A DNA stretch of 62,609 nucleotides from Mycobacterium sp. (GCA_049589475.1 JBAWAV010000538.1:1-62609), one strand, 5' to 3'; shown: positions 42,372 through 53,335, numbered from the stretch's first letter. A program made the numbers and translations. Notes: generated by a model not told the origin, from the sequence alone.

Positions 42372-42752
42372 CTACACACGATTGGCATGCTGACGCGGCC
42401 CAAATTGCCGATTCGCCCGCGAATGCTTCTGCGGCTGTCGGTGTCCGTCGGGCTGTTTGGGCGGAGAAATCACGGCCGCCGCCCGTAATTGATCCGTCGC
42501 CCACTCGCCATCACTGGGCAAATAATGCGACTCGTCGGCGATACGACGGTGCAGGCGGTCGAGCGCATCGGGCATTCCGTTGCTTGCCAGCGTGCGCACA
42601 TCAGTCGGCTCCGCCTGCTCGAGAAATTCCGCGACATCACTTGCGGTGAGCGTGTCGTTTTCCAAACCTGATTCCAGCCGCTGAAGCCCGAAAGTCGCGA
42701 ACATCAGCAACCCCGGGATGAATGCAACGAGCAACCAAGACACAAGCAGCAA
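42372..42752 (-). CDS. hypothetical membrane protein (Rv3675-like)
   Basis: N-terminal TM (SWLLVAFIPGLLMFAT); position between crp and nth. Confidence 0.75.
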   Translation of the reverse strand: MLLVSWLLVAFIPGLLMFATFGLQRLESGLENDTLTASDVAEFLEQAEPTDVRTLASNGMPDALDRLHRRIADESHYLPSDGEWATDQLRAAAVISPPKQPDGHRQPQKHSRANRQFGPRQHANRV

Positions 42753-42802
42753 GTAAACACGGCTAAGGTCTCAGCGGGATCACGAATTAGTACTCTGTCG
42801 GG

Positions 42803-43600
42803 GTGACAATGGGCAAACCTTCCCGCGCTGCCGCCAAGGCCGTAGGCGGGGCTGGTGGCGCTGAGGCCCGCCGTTGGGCCTCGGAAACCCCGCTGGGTCT
42901 GGTGCGCCGAGCTCGCCGCATGAATCGCAAACTGGCAGAAGCGTTTCCGCACGTCTACTGCGAGTTGGATTTCACCTCGCCGCTGGAACTGGCGGTGGCC
43001 ACGATCTTGTCGGCGCAGAGCACCGACAAACGGGTGAATCTCACCACCCCCGCACTGTTCGCCCGCTACCACTCCGCAGTGGACTATGCGCAGGCCGACC
43101 GTGAAGAACTCGAAACGCTTATTCGCCCGACCGGTTTTTATCGTAATAAGGCGTCGTCATTGATCGGCCTTGGTCAGGCATTGGTCGAGCGTTTCGACGG
43201 CGAGGTGCCGCACACCATGGAAGAACTAGTGACGCTGCCCGGCGTGGGGCGCAAGACGGCCAACGTGATTCTGGGCAACGCGTTCGACGTCCCCGGGATC
43301 ACCGTCGACACCCATTTCGGTCGGCTGGTTCGGCGCTGGCGCTGGACTGCCGAGGAGGACCCGGTCAAGGTCGAGCACGCCGTCGGTGCACTCATCGAGC
43401 GTAGCGAGTGGACCCTGCTCAGCCATCGGGTGATCTTCCACGGCCGCCGGGTGTGCCACGCCCGCAAGCCGGCGTGCGGGGTGTGCGTACTGGCCAAGGA
43501 CTGCCCGTCGTTCGGAACCGGCCCCACCGAGCCGTTGATCGCCGCCGCGTTGGTGCAAGGCCCGGAGACCGAACACCTTCTGGCGATGGCCGGCTTGTAG
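42803..43600 (+). CDS. nth: endonuclease III
   Basis: [31 protein letters not shown]...C. Confidence 0.96.
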   Translation: MTMGKPSRAAAKAVGGAGGAEARRWASETPLGLVRRARRMNRKLAEAFPHVYCELDFTSPLELAVATILSAQSTDKRVNLTTPALFARYHSAVDYAQADREELETLIRPTGFYRNKASSLIGLGQALVERFDGEVPHTMEELVTLPGVGRKTANVILGNAFDVPGITVDTHFGRLVRRWRWTAEEDPVKVEHAVGALIERSEWTLLSHRVIFHGRRVCHARKPACGVCVLAKDCPSFGTGPTEPLIAAALVQGPETEHLLAMAGL

Positions 43601-43601
43601 T

Positions 43602-44252
43602 TTGACCGCGTCCATCACCCGAACCACTCGCTGGACCGTCGCGGTCCTGGCGGTCGTTGCGGCTCTGATCGCCGCGTTGCTGGTTCAGCTGAGGCACGCC
43701 TCGGATTCGCCGACCGCCCCGCAGGCCGGTTCCGCGCGCGAGCACCGCGACGCCGACACCCCCGCGGCGTTGTCCGGGCCTCGTCGACGTGCCGACTTGG
43801 CGCCGTGTCCCCGACCCGGCGGGCTGCCAGGCTCGGTGGCGTTGCGCGCCGTGACCGCCGAATGTGCTGCGGACGGCTCGCATGTCGACGTCGGGCCGGC
43901 GTTGGCCGGACACCGCGTCGTCCTCAACCTCTGGGCGTATTGGTGCGGACCGTGCGCGACCGAACTTCCCGCGATGGCCGAGTTTCAACGGCGGGTCGGC
44001 CCCGAGGTGATGGTGGTGACGGTGCACCAAGACGAGAACGAGACGGCAGCGCTGTTGAGGTTGGCCGAACTCGGCGTCCGGCTGCCGACGCTGCAGGACG
44101 GCGGGCGTCGGATCGCGGCGGCGCTACGGGTGCCGAATGTGATGCCCGCGACGGTCGTGCTCGACTCGGACGGTAGCGTTGCCAAGACGCTGCCGCGCGC
44201 TTTCGCCAGCGCCGACGAGATCTCGGCTGCGGTTGGAGTTCAGCCCCGATGA
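43602..44252 (+). CDS. membrane-anchored TlpA/thioredoxin-like protein (Rv3673c-like)
   Basis: NLWAYWCGPC; N-terminal TM. Confidence 0.92.
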   Translation: MTASITRTTRWTVAVLAVVAALIAALLVQLRHASDSPTAPQAGSAREHRDADTPAALSGPRRRADLAPCPRPGGLPGSVALRAVTAECAADGSHVDVGPALAGHRVVLNLWAYWCGPCATELPAMAEFQRRVGPEVMVVTVHQDENETAALLRLAELGVRLPTLQDGGRRIAAALRVPNVMPATVVLDSDGSVAKTLPRAFASADEISAAVGVQPR

Positions 44253-44375
44253 CGCCTGATGACGATGCGGGGCGCACCGCGGCCCGAGGAGGAGTCGGGC
44301 CATTGGACACGCCTGATGACGATGCGGGGCGCACCGCGGCGCGGGGGCAGCGGATGAACAAAGGAGGCGCCGGTG
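44249..44375 (+). repeat. MIRU-like tandem repeat (57-bp period)
   Basis: 32-bp identity at 44252-44283 and 44309-44340; begins with ATGA overlap of upstream stop. Confidence 0.8.
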
Positions 44376-45149
44376 AACGGTGGCGGCACTCCCCAGAAGC
44401 TCGGCGAGACATTGTTGACACCTGAGCTCGCGCCGCCCTGGTTGTCGCCACTGGTCGACAACGTCGCCGAGATGCCCGGGGCGTTCCGCAAGCGTCTGCC
44501 CCCCGACGTTCTTGCGATGGTGACCGCCGCCGAGGCGACGGCGACCGCCCGCAACAACGGGCGCGACGCGGCGGTGCTGATCTTGTTCTCGGGTCCGTCG
44601 TCCGACGCTCTTCCCGAGGACGCCGACCTACTGGTGACCGTGCGGGCGGCGACGTTGCGCCATCACGCCGGCCAAGCCGCGTTCCCGGGCGGTGCATCCG
44701 ACCCCGGTGACGACGGGCCGGTGGCCACCGCGCTGCGTGAGGCCCGCGAAGAGACCGGTATCGACACCAGCAGACTGCATCCATTGGTCGCGATGGATCG
44801 AACGTTCATCGCGCCGTCGGGTTTCCACGTCGTCCCGGTCTTGGCGTATTCGCCGGATCCGGGCCCGGTGGCCGTCGTGGATCACGGCGAGACAGCCGTG
44901 GTTGCCCGGGTCCCGGTCCGGGCCTTCATCAATCCCGCGAACCGGTTGATGGTGTATCGCCGCACCCTCAGCCGCCGCTTCGCCGGGCCTGCATTCCTGT
45001 TGAACGAAATGCTGGTATGGGGTTTCACCGGTCAGGTGATTTCGGCGATGCTGGACGTCGCCGGGTGGGCAGAGCCCTGGGACACCGGCGATCTCCGCGA
45101 ACTGGACGAAGCGATGGCCATGGTCGACGACAAGGATGATGCCCGATGA
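44373..45149 (+). CDS. Nudix CoA pyrophosphatase (Rv3672c-like)
   Basis: HAGQAAFPGG, ALREAREETG, VWGFT. Confidence 0.92.
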   Translation: MNGGGTPQKLGETLLTPELAPPWLSPLVDNVAEMPGAFRKRLPPDVLAMVTAAEATATARNNGRDAAVLILFSGPSSDALPEDADLLVTVRAATLRHHAGQAAFPGGASDPGDDGPVATALREAREETGIDTSRLHPLVAMDRTFIAPSGFHVVPVLAYSPDPGPVAVVDHGETAVVARVPVRAFINPANRLMVYRRTLSRRFAGPAFLLNEMLVWGFTGQVISAMLDVAGWAEPWDTGDLRELDEAMAMVDDKDDAR

Positions 45150-46336
45150 CCAGCTCACAATGGTTAGACATCGCCGTGCTGGCGGTCGCCTTCATCGCGG
45201 CGATATCGGGATGGCGTTCGGGCGCGCTCGGCTCGTTGATGTCGTTCATCGGCGTCCTGCTGGGCGCGATCGCGGGCGTTCTGCTGGCCCCACACCTCGT
45301 CGCGCACGTCACCGCGCCGCGGGCCAAACTGTTTGCCGCGCTGTTCCTGATCCTGGCGCTGGTCGTGGTCGGCGAGGTCGCCGGTGTGGTGCTCGGTCGC
45401 GCGGTCCGCGGTGCGATCCACAGCAACTCGGTCCGATTCGTCGACTCGCTGATCGGGGTGGCGGTGCAACTGGTGGTCGTCCTGGTGGCGGCGTGGCTGC
45501 TGGCGACTCCGCTGACATCGTCGGCCGGTCAGCCGAGTCTGGCTGCCGCAGTGCGTGGCTCGCGGGTGCTCGCCCAAGTTAACGACTACGCGCCGGAGTG
45601 GCTGAAGACGGTGCCCAAGCGGTTGTCGGCGTTGCTGGACACATCTGGGCTGCCGCAGGTGCTGGAGCCGTTCAGCCGCACACCGGTGGTGGCGGTCGCT
45701 GCGCCCGACTCGGCGCTGGCCAACAACCCGGTGGTCGCCAACACCGAACCGAGCGTGGTGAAGATTCGTGCGATAGCTCCCAGTTGCCAGAAAGTGTTGG
45801 AGGGCAGCGGATTCGTCTTGTCACCGGACCGGGTGATGACCAACGCCCACGTGGTCGCCGGCGCGAACAGCGTCACCGTGGAGTCCAGCGGCAACCCCTA
45901 CGACGCGACCGTGGTGTCCTACGACCCGACCACCGATATCGCGATCCTCTCGGTGCCGCACCTGCCCGCCGGGCCACTGGCCTTCGCCAATGCACCGGTG
46001 ACATCGGGTACCGAAGCGATCGTGATGGGCTACCCGGGCGGCGGTGGCTTCATGGCGACACCGGCCAGAATCCGCGAGCTCATCGAACTCAACGGGCCTG
46101 ACATCTACCGGAATGCGACTATCAACCGTGAGGTCTACACGGTCAGAGCCAATGTGGAACAAGGCAATTCGGGTGGACCGCTGATCGACCTCAACGGCCA
46201 GGTGATCGGTGTGGTGTTCGGCGCGGCCGTCGACGACAACGACACTGGCTTCGTGCTCACCGCCAAAGAGGTGGCCGCGCAGCTGGCGCACATCGGCGAC
46301 ACGGCGCCGGTGTCCACCGAGGCGTGCGTCAGCTGA
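45146..46336 (+). CDS. marP: acid-resistance membrane serine protease (Rv3671c-like)
   Basis: N-terminal TM domain, GSGF, TNAHVV, GNSGGP. Confidence 0.94.
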   Translation: MTSSQWLDIAVLAVAFIAAISGWRSGALGSLMSFIGVLLGAIAGVLLAPHLVAHVTAPRAKLFAALFLILALVVVGEVAGVVLGRAVRGAIHSNSVRFVDSLIGVAVQLVVVLVAAWLLATPLTSSAGQPSLAAAVRGSRVLAQVNDYAPEWLKTVPKRLSALLDTSGLPQVLEPFSRTPVVAVAAPDSALANNPVVANTEPSVVKIRAIAPSCQKVLEGSGFVLSPDRVMTNAHVVAGANSVTVESSGNPYDATVVSYDPTTDIAILSVPHLPAGPLAFANAPVTSGTEAIVMGYPGGGGFMATPARIRELIELNGPDIYRNATINREVYTVRANVEQGNSGGPLIDLNGQVIGVVFGAAVDDNDTGFVLTAKEVAAQLAHIGDTAPVSTEACVS

Positions 46337-47294
46337 GCGGAGACCGATACACCCGGTCGAGGAATCGCGACAGGTGACCGTTGACTTCGTCCGGCTTCTC
46401 TTCGTGGCTGAAATGCCCTGCCCCGGCGATTGATACGTACCGGCCGCGGGGCGCGTACCGCTGCGTTCGTTCCACCGGGTCGGCCAGCACGTACGGATCG
46501 GCGTCCCCGTGCACGTGCAACATCGGGATACCGAACGGCCGGCTCATCGTTCGCATGAAGCGCCTGCCCTCTTCGCGTAGCTGACTGCGGACCGCCCACC
46601 GCTGATACTCCAGCGCGCAGTGCGCCGCCGAACGAATCTGGACCGCCTGTCGCAAGTGACCGGCCGTATCGGAAAAGTCTTCGGAGGCAACCCATTTGGC
46701 GCTGGCACGGCTGCGCACCAGACGTTCGATCTCGTCGCCGTTGTGCCGGGTCAACATGCGTTCCGGCCAGATCGGCGCCTGGTAACGCAGCAGTGAGGGC
46801 AGCAGCGCACGCCGTTGGTCGCGGTGGCTCAGCACCGACTTGCGCAACGCGGCCGGATGTGGCGAGCTGACCACCGCGATGGCACGCACCAGTCGCGAGT
46901 GCAGCACCGAGGTGGCCCAGCAGACCAGCCCGCCGTCGGCGTGGCCGACCAGCGTCGCCGATGTGTGCCCCAGCGCCCGGATCAGCCCGGCGGTGTCACC
47001 GGCCAGCGTCCAGCCGTCATACCCGCGCGGCGGTTTGTCGCTGCCGCCGTAGCCCCGCAGATCCACCGCGACAACGCGCGCACCGGTCAGGCCGCGGAGT
47101 TGGTGACGCCATGACCACCAGAACGAGCCGAAACCGTGCAGCATGATCACCAGCGGCAGCGCGGTCGACGGGGTGGATGCGACCTGCTCGGCGGGCGTCG
47201 CCTCGACGACGTGAAACCGAATGCCGTTGGCATGTACGTCCAGATGCCGCCACGGCCCGTCGATACGGGTCACCGACGGATCTGGTGGCCCCAT
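46329..47294 (-). CDS. ephE: alpha/beta hydrolase, epoxide-hydrolase-like (Rv3670-like)
   Basis: LHGFGSFWWSW, DLRGYG, GHADGG, GAGHF. Confidence 0.85.
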   Translation of the reverse strand: MGPPDPSVTRIDGPWRHLDVHANGIRFHVVEATPAEQVASTPSTALPLVIMLHGFGSFWWSWRHQLRGLTGARVVAVDLRGYGGSDKPPRGYDGWTLAGDTAGLIRALGHTSATLVGHADGGLVCWATSVLHSRLVRAIAVVSSPHPAALRKSVLSHRDQRRALLPSLLRYQAPIWPERMLTRHNGDEIERLVRSRASAKWVASEDFSDTAGHLRQAVQIRSAAHCALEYQRWAVRSQLREEGRRFMRTMSRPFGIPMLHVHGDADPYVLADPVERTQRYAPRGRYVSIAGAGHFSHEEKPDEVNGHLSRFLDRVYRSPLS

Positions 47295-47825
47295 TCACCA
47301 ACCCGAGGGATCGGTGGGCGTCCCGCCCGGCGCCGCATCGAGCGCGGGCGCCGAAGACTTGTCATGGCCGGGCGTGAACGCCGATCGGGTTTCCTTAACC
47401 GATTCGATGGTCTGCTGCGGCCCGCGGATGCGCCGGACCTTCAGGTAACCGAACAGGGCCAGCGCCCCGGTGACCACCACCATGATTCCGAACACGATCA
47501 GGAACGCCGCCCAGCGCCAGAGCCAGTTGTCGAGCAGTTCGGCCAGGAAGAAGAAGAAAAAGAACGTCGAATAGAACAGGACGACCAGCGCTGCGATGAA
47601 GAAGACGCTGCCGGTCAGGCCCTTCTTGACGTCGCGGGTGATCTCCGCGCGAGCCAGTTCGACTTCCGCGCGCACCAGCGTCGACATCTGCGACGTGGCT
47701 TCCTTGACCAGCGCGCCGATCGACGGCTCGCCGGACAGTGCATGCGGGTCGGTCAACGGGATGGTGGTCAGCGTGCGGGGAACTCCGTCCTTGAGGTCGG
47801 CGCTCTTGCGGTCGTGCTTGCTCAC
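47295..47825 (-). CDS. actinobacterial holin-like membrane protein (Rv3669-like)
   Basis: SIGALV, LVRAEVELARAE, PQQTIESVKE. Confidence 0.85.
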   Translation of the reverse strand: MSKHDRKSADLKDGVPRTLTTIPLTDPHALSGEPSIGALVKEATSQMSTLVRAEVELARAEITRDVKKGLTGSVFFIAALVVLFYSTFFFFFFLAELLDNWLWRWAAFLIVFGIMVVVTGALALFGYLKVRRIRGPQQTIESVKETRSAFTPGHDKSSAPALDAAPGGTPTDPSGW

Positions 47826-48044
47826 AGACGGTCCTCCCGGCCGGGTTCGATCATCCGGCTCCAATTGTCCGATTGTCTGACTGTCGTCGCGGTTCATGTT
47901 GCCATGCAGTCCGATGCCAGACGAGGCCAACTCGACACCGACGGCAGCGTTTGAGGATCGGCCCCAAAGGGCAGTGGTCAGGCTAGACTGGCGCCGCCAT
48001 TTTGGTGTGCGTCAATTGCCGACGGGGGTACCGCTTTGCCGACC

Positions 48045-48737
48045 ATGTACCGCGGGCTCCTTCACTTCTCGGCGGTCATGGTCGTGATCGCCGTGGCGGG
48101 CCTGCCCGGCGCGCCCGCGAGAGCCGATGACCGGGTCCCGCTCGGCGGGGGTTCGGGCATCGTCGTCAACGGCGACACCCTGTGCACGCTGACCACCATC
48201 GGCGCCGACCCCAAAGGCGACTTGATGGGCTTCACCTCCGCGCACTGCGGCGGCCCGGGCGCGCAGGTGGCCGCCGAGGCGGCCAAAGACCGCGGCGTTC
48301 TGGGCACCATGGTGTCCGGCAACGACGGCCTCGACTACGCGGTCATCCAATTCGATCGGGCCAAGGTGGCGCCTGTCGCCAATGTCGCAGGCTTCGTGAT
48401 CAATGGCATCGGCCCTGATCCGGCTTTCGGTCAGGTCGCGTGCAAGCAGGGCCGCACCACCGGCAACTCGTGCGGCGTCACGTGGGGGCCGGGTCAGGAC
48501 CCGGGCACCATCCTGATGCAGGTGTGCGGGCAGCCGGGCGACTCAGGCGGCCCGGTCACCGTCGACAATCGGCTGGTGGGGATGATCCACGGCGCCTTCA
48601 GCGAGAACCTGCCGGTTTGCGTCACCAAATACATTCCGCTGCACACCCCGGCGGTGGTGCAGTCGTTCAACGCCATCATGGCCGACCTGCAGAGCAAGGG
48701 CCGCCCGGGCGCCGGGTTCGTGCCCGTACCCGCCTGA
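48045..48737 (+). CDS. secreted S1-family serine protease (Rv3668c-like)
   Basis: Signal peptide, TSAHC, DYAVI, GRTTG, GDSGGP. Confidence 0.9.
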   Translation: MYRGLLHFSAVMVVIAVAGLPGAPARADDRVPLGGGSGIVVNGDTLCTLTTIGADPKGDLMGFTSAHCGGPGAQVAAEAAKDRGVLGTMVSGNDGLDYAVIQFDRAKVAPVANVAGFVINGIGPDPAFGQVACKQGRTTGNSCGVTWGPGQDPGTILMQVCGQPGDSGGPVTVDNRLVGMIHGAFSENLPVCVTKYIPLHTPAVVQSFNAIMADLQSKGRPGAGFVPVPA

Positions 48738-50696
48738 TTACTTGCTGGCCCGGATCGCGTCGAAGACGCCGGGGTCGAGCAGCGTCGAGGTGTCGCCGAG
48801 GTCCCGATTCTCGACGATGTCGCGCAGCAGGCGGCGCATGATCTTGCCGCTGCGGGTCTTCGGCAGTTCGGGCACCACGTGCAGTTCGCGCGGCCTGGCG
48901 ATGGGCGAGATCTCCTTGGCCACTTCGGCGCGCAACTCGTCGATGATCTCCTCGCCCACGCTGTCGGCATGGTCGGCCTGAAGCACGACGAACGCGCAGA
49001 TCGCCTGCCCCGTGGTGTCGTCGGTCGCGCCCACGACTGCGGCCTCGGCCACCCCCGCATGCCCGACCAGCGCTGACTCCACCTCGGCCGTGGAGATGCG
49101 ATGCCCCGACACGTTCATCACGTCGTCGATGCGACCCATCACCCAGATGGCGCCGTCGGAGTCATAGCGGGCGCTGTCGCCGGCGAAGTAGTAACCGTGC
49201 TCGGCGTACCTCGACCAGTAGGTCTGACGGAAGCGGTCCGGATCGCCCCAGATGCCTCGCAGCATCGACGGCCAGGGCTGATCCAGCACCAGGTATCCCG
49301 CCGTGTGCTCACCCGCGTCGGTCGAGGGCGTGGCGAGTTCGTCGCCGTGGTCGTCGACTACCTTGGCCGAGATGCCCGGCAGCGGAGTCATCGCCGAACC
49401 GGGTTTGGTCGCAGCGACGCCGGGCAGCGGGGAGATCATGGCCGCGCCGGTCTCGGTCTGCCACCAGGTGTCCACGATCGGAATGTCGTCGCCGCCCATG
49501 ACCGTGCGGTACCAGCGCCAGGCCTCCGGGTTGATCGGCTCGCCGACCGTGCCCAGCAGTCGCAGGCTGGACAGGTCGTGGGCGTCCGGGATGTCGCGAC
49601 CCCACTTCATGAACGTCCGGACCATCGTTGGCGCCGTGTAATAGATTGTGACGCCGTACTTTTCGACGATCTGGAAATGACGGTGCTGGGTGGGTGTGTC
49701 CGGGGTTCCCTCGAAGAAGATCTCCGTCACCCCGTTGGACAGCGGCCCGTAGACGCCGTAGGTGTGTCCGGTGACCCAGCCGATGTCGGCGGTGCACCAG
49801 AACACGTCGGTCTCGGGCTTGATGTCGAAGACGTTGTGGTGGGTGTAGGACGCCTGAGTGAGATAGCCGCCGCTGGTGTGCACGATGCCCTTGGGTGTAC
49901 CGGTGGTGCCCGAGGTGTACAGCAGGAACAGCGGGTGCTCGGCGTCGAACGCTTCGGCTTCGTGTTTAGGCGACGCCGAGTCGACGACGTCGTGCCACCA
50001 GACGTCGCGGTCCGGCGTCCAGTCGACGTCGATGCCGGTGCGTCGGACCACCAGGACGTGCTCGATCGTGTCCGAGTTGGCGACCGCTTCATCGGCTGCG
50101 TTCTTCAGCGACGCCGGCTTGCCGCGACGGAACTGCCCGTCGGCGGTGATCAGCAGTTTGGCTTCGGCGTCGTCGATCCGGGCACGTAACGCGTTAGCGG
50201 TGTAGCCGGCGAATACCACGCTGTGCATCAGCCCCAGCCGTGCGCAGGCCAGCATCGCGACGATGGCTTCCGGGATCATCGGCAGGTAGATCGCGACGCG
50301 GTCGCCGGCGACCAGTCCCAGACCGGTCAGCGCGTTGGCGGCTTTGCAGACCTCGTTCTGCAGGTCGCGGTAGGTGAGGCTGCGGGCGTCACCGATCTGC
50401 TCGCCCTCCCAGTGGATCGCCACTCGATCACCGTTGCCGGCCTCGACGTGGCGGTCGACGCAGTTGTAGGCGACGTTGAGCTTGCCGTCGGCGAACCATC
50501 TGGCGAACGGCGCGTCAGACCAGTCCAGCACCTGGGTAAACGGCGTCGCCCAGGACAGCCGGTTGGCCTGCGCAGCCCAGAACGCTAACCGGTCGCTCTC
50601 GGCGTCTCGGTACAAGCCCTCGGCGGCATTGGCTTGCGCAGCGAAGTCTGCGGACGGCGGATACGACAACGGTGCTTGCGCGTGCGTCTCGGTCAC
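48738..50696 (-). CDS. acs: acetyl-CoA synthetase
   Basis: YTSGTTGTPKG, DTWWQTETG, LPKTRSGKIMRR. Confidence 0.96.
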   Translation of the reverse strand: MTETHAQAPLSYPPSADFAAQANAAEGLYRDAESDRLAFWAAQANRLSWATPFTQVLDWSDAPFARWFADGKLNVAYNCVDRHVEAGNGDRVAIHWEGEQIGDARSLTYRDLQNEVCKAANALTGLGLVAGDRVAIYLPMIPEAIVAMLACARLGLMHSVVFAGYTANALRARIDDAEAKLLITADGQFRRGKPASLKNAADEAVANSDTIEHVLVVRRTGIDVDWTPDRDVWWHDVVDSASPKHEAEAFDAEHPLFLLYTSGTTGTPKGIVHTSGGYLTQASYTHHNVFDIKPETDVFWCTADIGWVTGHTYGVYGPLSNGVTEIFFEGTPDTPTQHRHFQIVEKYGVTIYYTAPTMVRTFMKWGRDIPDAHDLSSLRLLGTVGEPINPEAWRWYRTVMGGDDIPIVDTWWQTETGAAMISPLPGVAATKPGSAMTPLPGISAKVVDDHGDELATPSTDAGEHTAGYLVLDQPWPSMLRGIWGDPDRFRQTYWSRYAEHGYYFAGDSARYDSDGAIWVMGRIDDVMNVSGHRISTAEVESALVGHAGVAEAAVVGATDDTTGQAICAFVVLQADHADSVGEEIIDELRAEVAKEISPIARPRELHVVPELPKTRSGKIMRRLLRDIVENRDLGDTSTLLDPGVFDAIRASK

Positions 50697-50766
50697 GCGC
50701 ACGAGCGTAACCAGGCTGGGTTAATTTTTCGGGTTGCCGTAGGCAATACAGTCGCCACGGGACTAG

Positions 50767-52407
50767 GTGATCGTTTTGCTATCGGAGGAGGACGGCTTGC
50801 GGCGGTTGCGCATCGCGGCGATGGCCGTGGCTCTACTCGCCATGGCACCCCTCGTCGGCTGCGGAGCAGGCAGCGTCCGCACCGACGTGGTGATCGTCAA
50901 CGCCGGCGAGCCGCAGAACCCGCTGATCCCGACGAACACCAATGACTCCAACGGCGGCCGGATCGTCGACCGACTGTTCGCCGGTCTGATGTCCTACGAC
51001 GCCAACGGCTTGCCGTCGCTCGAGGTCGCCCAGTCGATCGAGACCACCGACGACGTCAACTACCGGATCACCCTCAAACCCGGCTGGACGTTCAGCGACG
51101 GCTCGCCGGTGACCGCGCACTCGTTCGTCGACGCCTGGAATTACGGCGCGTTGTCCACCAATGCTCAACTGCAGCAGAGCTTTTTCAGCCCGATAGCCGG
51201 CTTCGACGAGCTGGCCGTCGCCACGTCGACGGCGAAAGCGATGTCGGGTCTTCGGGTGGTCAACGACCGCGAATTTACCGTTCAGCTCAAAGGCCCGACC
51301 ATCGATTTCACTCTGCGGCTTGGCTTTTCGCCGTTCTACCCGCTGCCCGAGTCCGCGTTCAAGGACATGGCGGCCTTCGGCCAGCACCCGGTCGGCAACG
51401 GCCCGTACCAACTCGCCGACGAGCGAGGAATCCCTGCCTGGCAGCACAACGTGAAACTCGACCTGGTGACCAATCCCGGCTATCACGGCAACCGGATGTC
51501 GCAGAACAAGGGCCTGCGATTCGTCTTCTACGCCAACCTGGACACCGCCTACGCCGACCTGCTGTCGAGCAATCTCGATGTGCTGGACACGATTCCGCCC
51601 AGTGTGCTCACCGTCTACCGAAGAGACCTCGGTGATCGAGCGGTCTCCGCGCCCGCCGCCGTCAACCTGACATTGGACACGCCGCTGCGGCTGCCGCACT
51701 TCGCCGGCGAGGAGGGCCGACTGCGCCGCCTGGCGTTGTCGGCTGCGATCAACCGGTCCCAGATCTGTCAGAAGATCTTCTCCGGGGCCCGCGCACCGGC
51801 CCGCGATTTCACCGCCAGCTCGCTGCCCGGCTATGACCCCCACATCGACGGCAGCGGCACGCTGAACTTCGACCCCGAGCGCGCGCGCCGACTGTGGTCG
51901 CAGGCCGACGCCATCTCGAAATGGACTGGTCGGTACGCGATTGCCTACAACGCCGATGGGTCGCATCAGGAATGGGTCGACGCGGTGGCCAACAGCATCA
52001 AGAACACCCTCGGCGTCGACGCAGTCGGGGCGCCCCAGCCAACCTTTGCCGGGTTCCGGACCCAGATAACCACCCGCACGATCAGCACCGCATTCCGCGC
52101 CGGATGGCAGGGCGATTTCCCGTCGATGCTCGAGTTCTTGGAGCCGCTGTTCGCCACCGGCGCGAGCGCCAATGACGTCGGATATTCCAATACTCGGTTC
52201 GACGCCGCGATCGCGGAGGCCGAAGCGGCGCCCGACCTGCCGCGATCGTATGCTCTCGCCAACGGCGCTCAACGAATCCTGTTGGCGGACATGCCTGTTG
52301 TGCCGCTTTGGTATACGGTCGCCGTCGCCGGTCGCTCCCCGGCGGTCAGCCAGGTCAGGCTAACCTGGAATGGACTGCCCGACTACGAACACATCGTGAA
52401 GGCCTGA
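50767..52407 (+). CDS. dppA: peptide ABC transporter substrate-binding lipoprotein
   Basis: Lipobox LVGC, GWTFSDG, VGNGPY; true start may be slightly downstream. Confidence 0.9.
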   Translation: MIVLLSEEDGLRRLRIAAMAVALLAMAPLVGCGAGSVRTDVVIVNAGEPQNPLIPTNTNDSNGGRIVDRLFAGLMSYDANGLPSLEVAQSIETTDDVNYRITLKPGWTFSDGSPVTAHSFVDAWNYGALSTNAQLQQSFFSPIAGFDELAVATSTAKAMSGLRVVNDREFTVQLKGPTIDFTLRLGFSPFYPLPESAFKDMAAFGQHPVGNGPYQLADERGIPAWQHNVKLDLVTNPGYHGNRMSQNKGLRFVFYANLDTAYADLLSSNLDVLDTIPPSVLTVYRRDLGDRAVSAPAAVNLTLDTPLRLPHFAGEEGRLRRLALSAAINRSQICQKIFSGARAPARDFTASSLPGYDPHIDGSGTLNFDPERARRLWSQADAISKWTGRYAIAYNADGSHQEWVDAVANSIKNTLGVDAVGAPQPTFAGFRTQITTRTISTAFRAGWQGDFPSMLEFLEPLFATGASANDVGYSNTRFDAAIAEAEAAPDLPRSYALANGAQRILLADMPVVPLWYTVAVAGRSPAVSQVRLTWNGLPDYEHIVKA

Positions 52408-52408
52408 C

Positions 52409-53335
52409 ATGGGGTGGTACATCGCCCGCCGCGTCGCGGCCATGCTGCCGGTGTTCCTGGGGGCGACGCTGCTGATCTACGGCATGGTCTTCCTGCTGCC
52501 CGGCGACCCGATCGCGGCCCTGGGCGGCGATCGCCCACTGAGTCCGGCGGTGGCCGCGCAACTGCGCGCGCAGTACCACCTCGACGACCCGTTCTGGTTG
52601 CAGTACCTGCACTACCTCGGCGGCATCCTGCACGGCGACCTCGGTCACGCCTACTCCGGACTACCCGTCAGCACCGTTCTGGCTCAAGCCTTTCCGGTGA
52701 CATTCCGGTTGGCGTTGATCGCGCTCGCGGTCGAAGCGTTGTTCGGCGTCGGGTTCGGGGTGATCGCCGGACTGCGTCAGGGCGGTGCTTTCGACAGCGT
52801 TGTGCTGATCGTCAGCCTGATCATCATCGCGGTCCCGATCTTCGTGCTGGGCTTCCTTGCGCAATTCGTGTTCGGGGTCCGACTCGGTATTGCGTCGGTC
52901 ACGGTCGGCGATCAGCCAACATTCGCCCGGCTGTTGCTACCTGGAATCGTATTGGGCGCCGTGTCATTCGCCTACGTGGTGCGGTTGACCCGATCCGCGG
53001 TGGCCGACAATGCGCATGCCGACTATGTGCGCACTGCCACCGCCAAAGGCCTGTCGCGGCCCCGGGTGGTGACGGTGCATATTCTGCGCAACTCGCTGAT
53101 TCCGGTCGTGACGTTCTTGGGCGCGGATCTCGGCGCACTGATGGGCGGAGCGATCGTCACCGAAGGCATCTTCAACATCCACGGCGTGGGCGGCGTGCTC
53201 TATCAAGCCGTCACACGTCAGGAAGCCCCGACCGTGGTGTCGATCGTGACGGTGCTCGTCGTCGTCTACCTGGTCACCAACCTGGCCGTGGATCTGCTGT
53301 ACGCGGCGCTGGACCCCCGGATTCGCTATGGCTGA
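52409..53335 (+). CDS. dppB: peptide ABC transporter permease
   Basis: LPGDP, DYVRTATAKGL, LRNS, LDPRIR. Confidence 0.93.
   Translation: MGWYIARRVAAMLPVFLGATLLIYGMVFLLPGDPIAALGGDRPLSPAVAAQLRAQYHLDDPFWLQYLHYLGGILHGDLGHAYSGLPVSTVLAQAFPVTFRLALIALAVEALFGVGFGVIAGLRQGGAFDSVVLIVSLIIIAVPIFVLGFLAQFVFGVRLGIASVTVGDQPTFARLLLPGIVLGAVSFAYVVRLTRSAVADNAHADYVRTATAKGLSRPRVVTVHILRNSLIPVVTFLGADLGALMGGAIVTEGIFNIHGVGGVLYQAVTRQEAPTVVSIVTVLVVVYLVTNLAVDLLYAALDPRIRYG

Noticed and set aside
42768..42785. Possible CRP site upstream of nth
   Set aside because: Only one half-site matches; too weak
47295..47825. Holin as phage evidence
   Set aside because: Core syntenic actinobacterial membrane gene with no phage context
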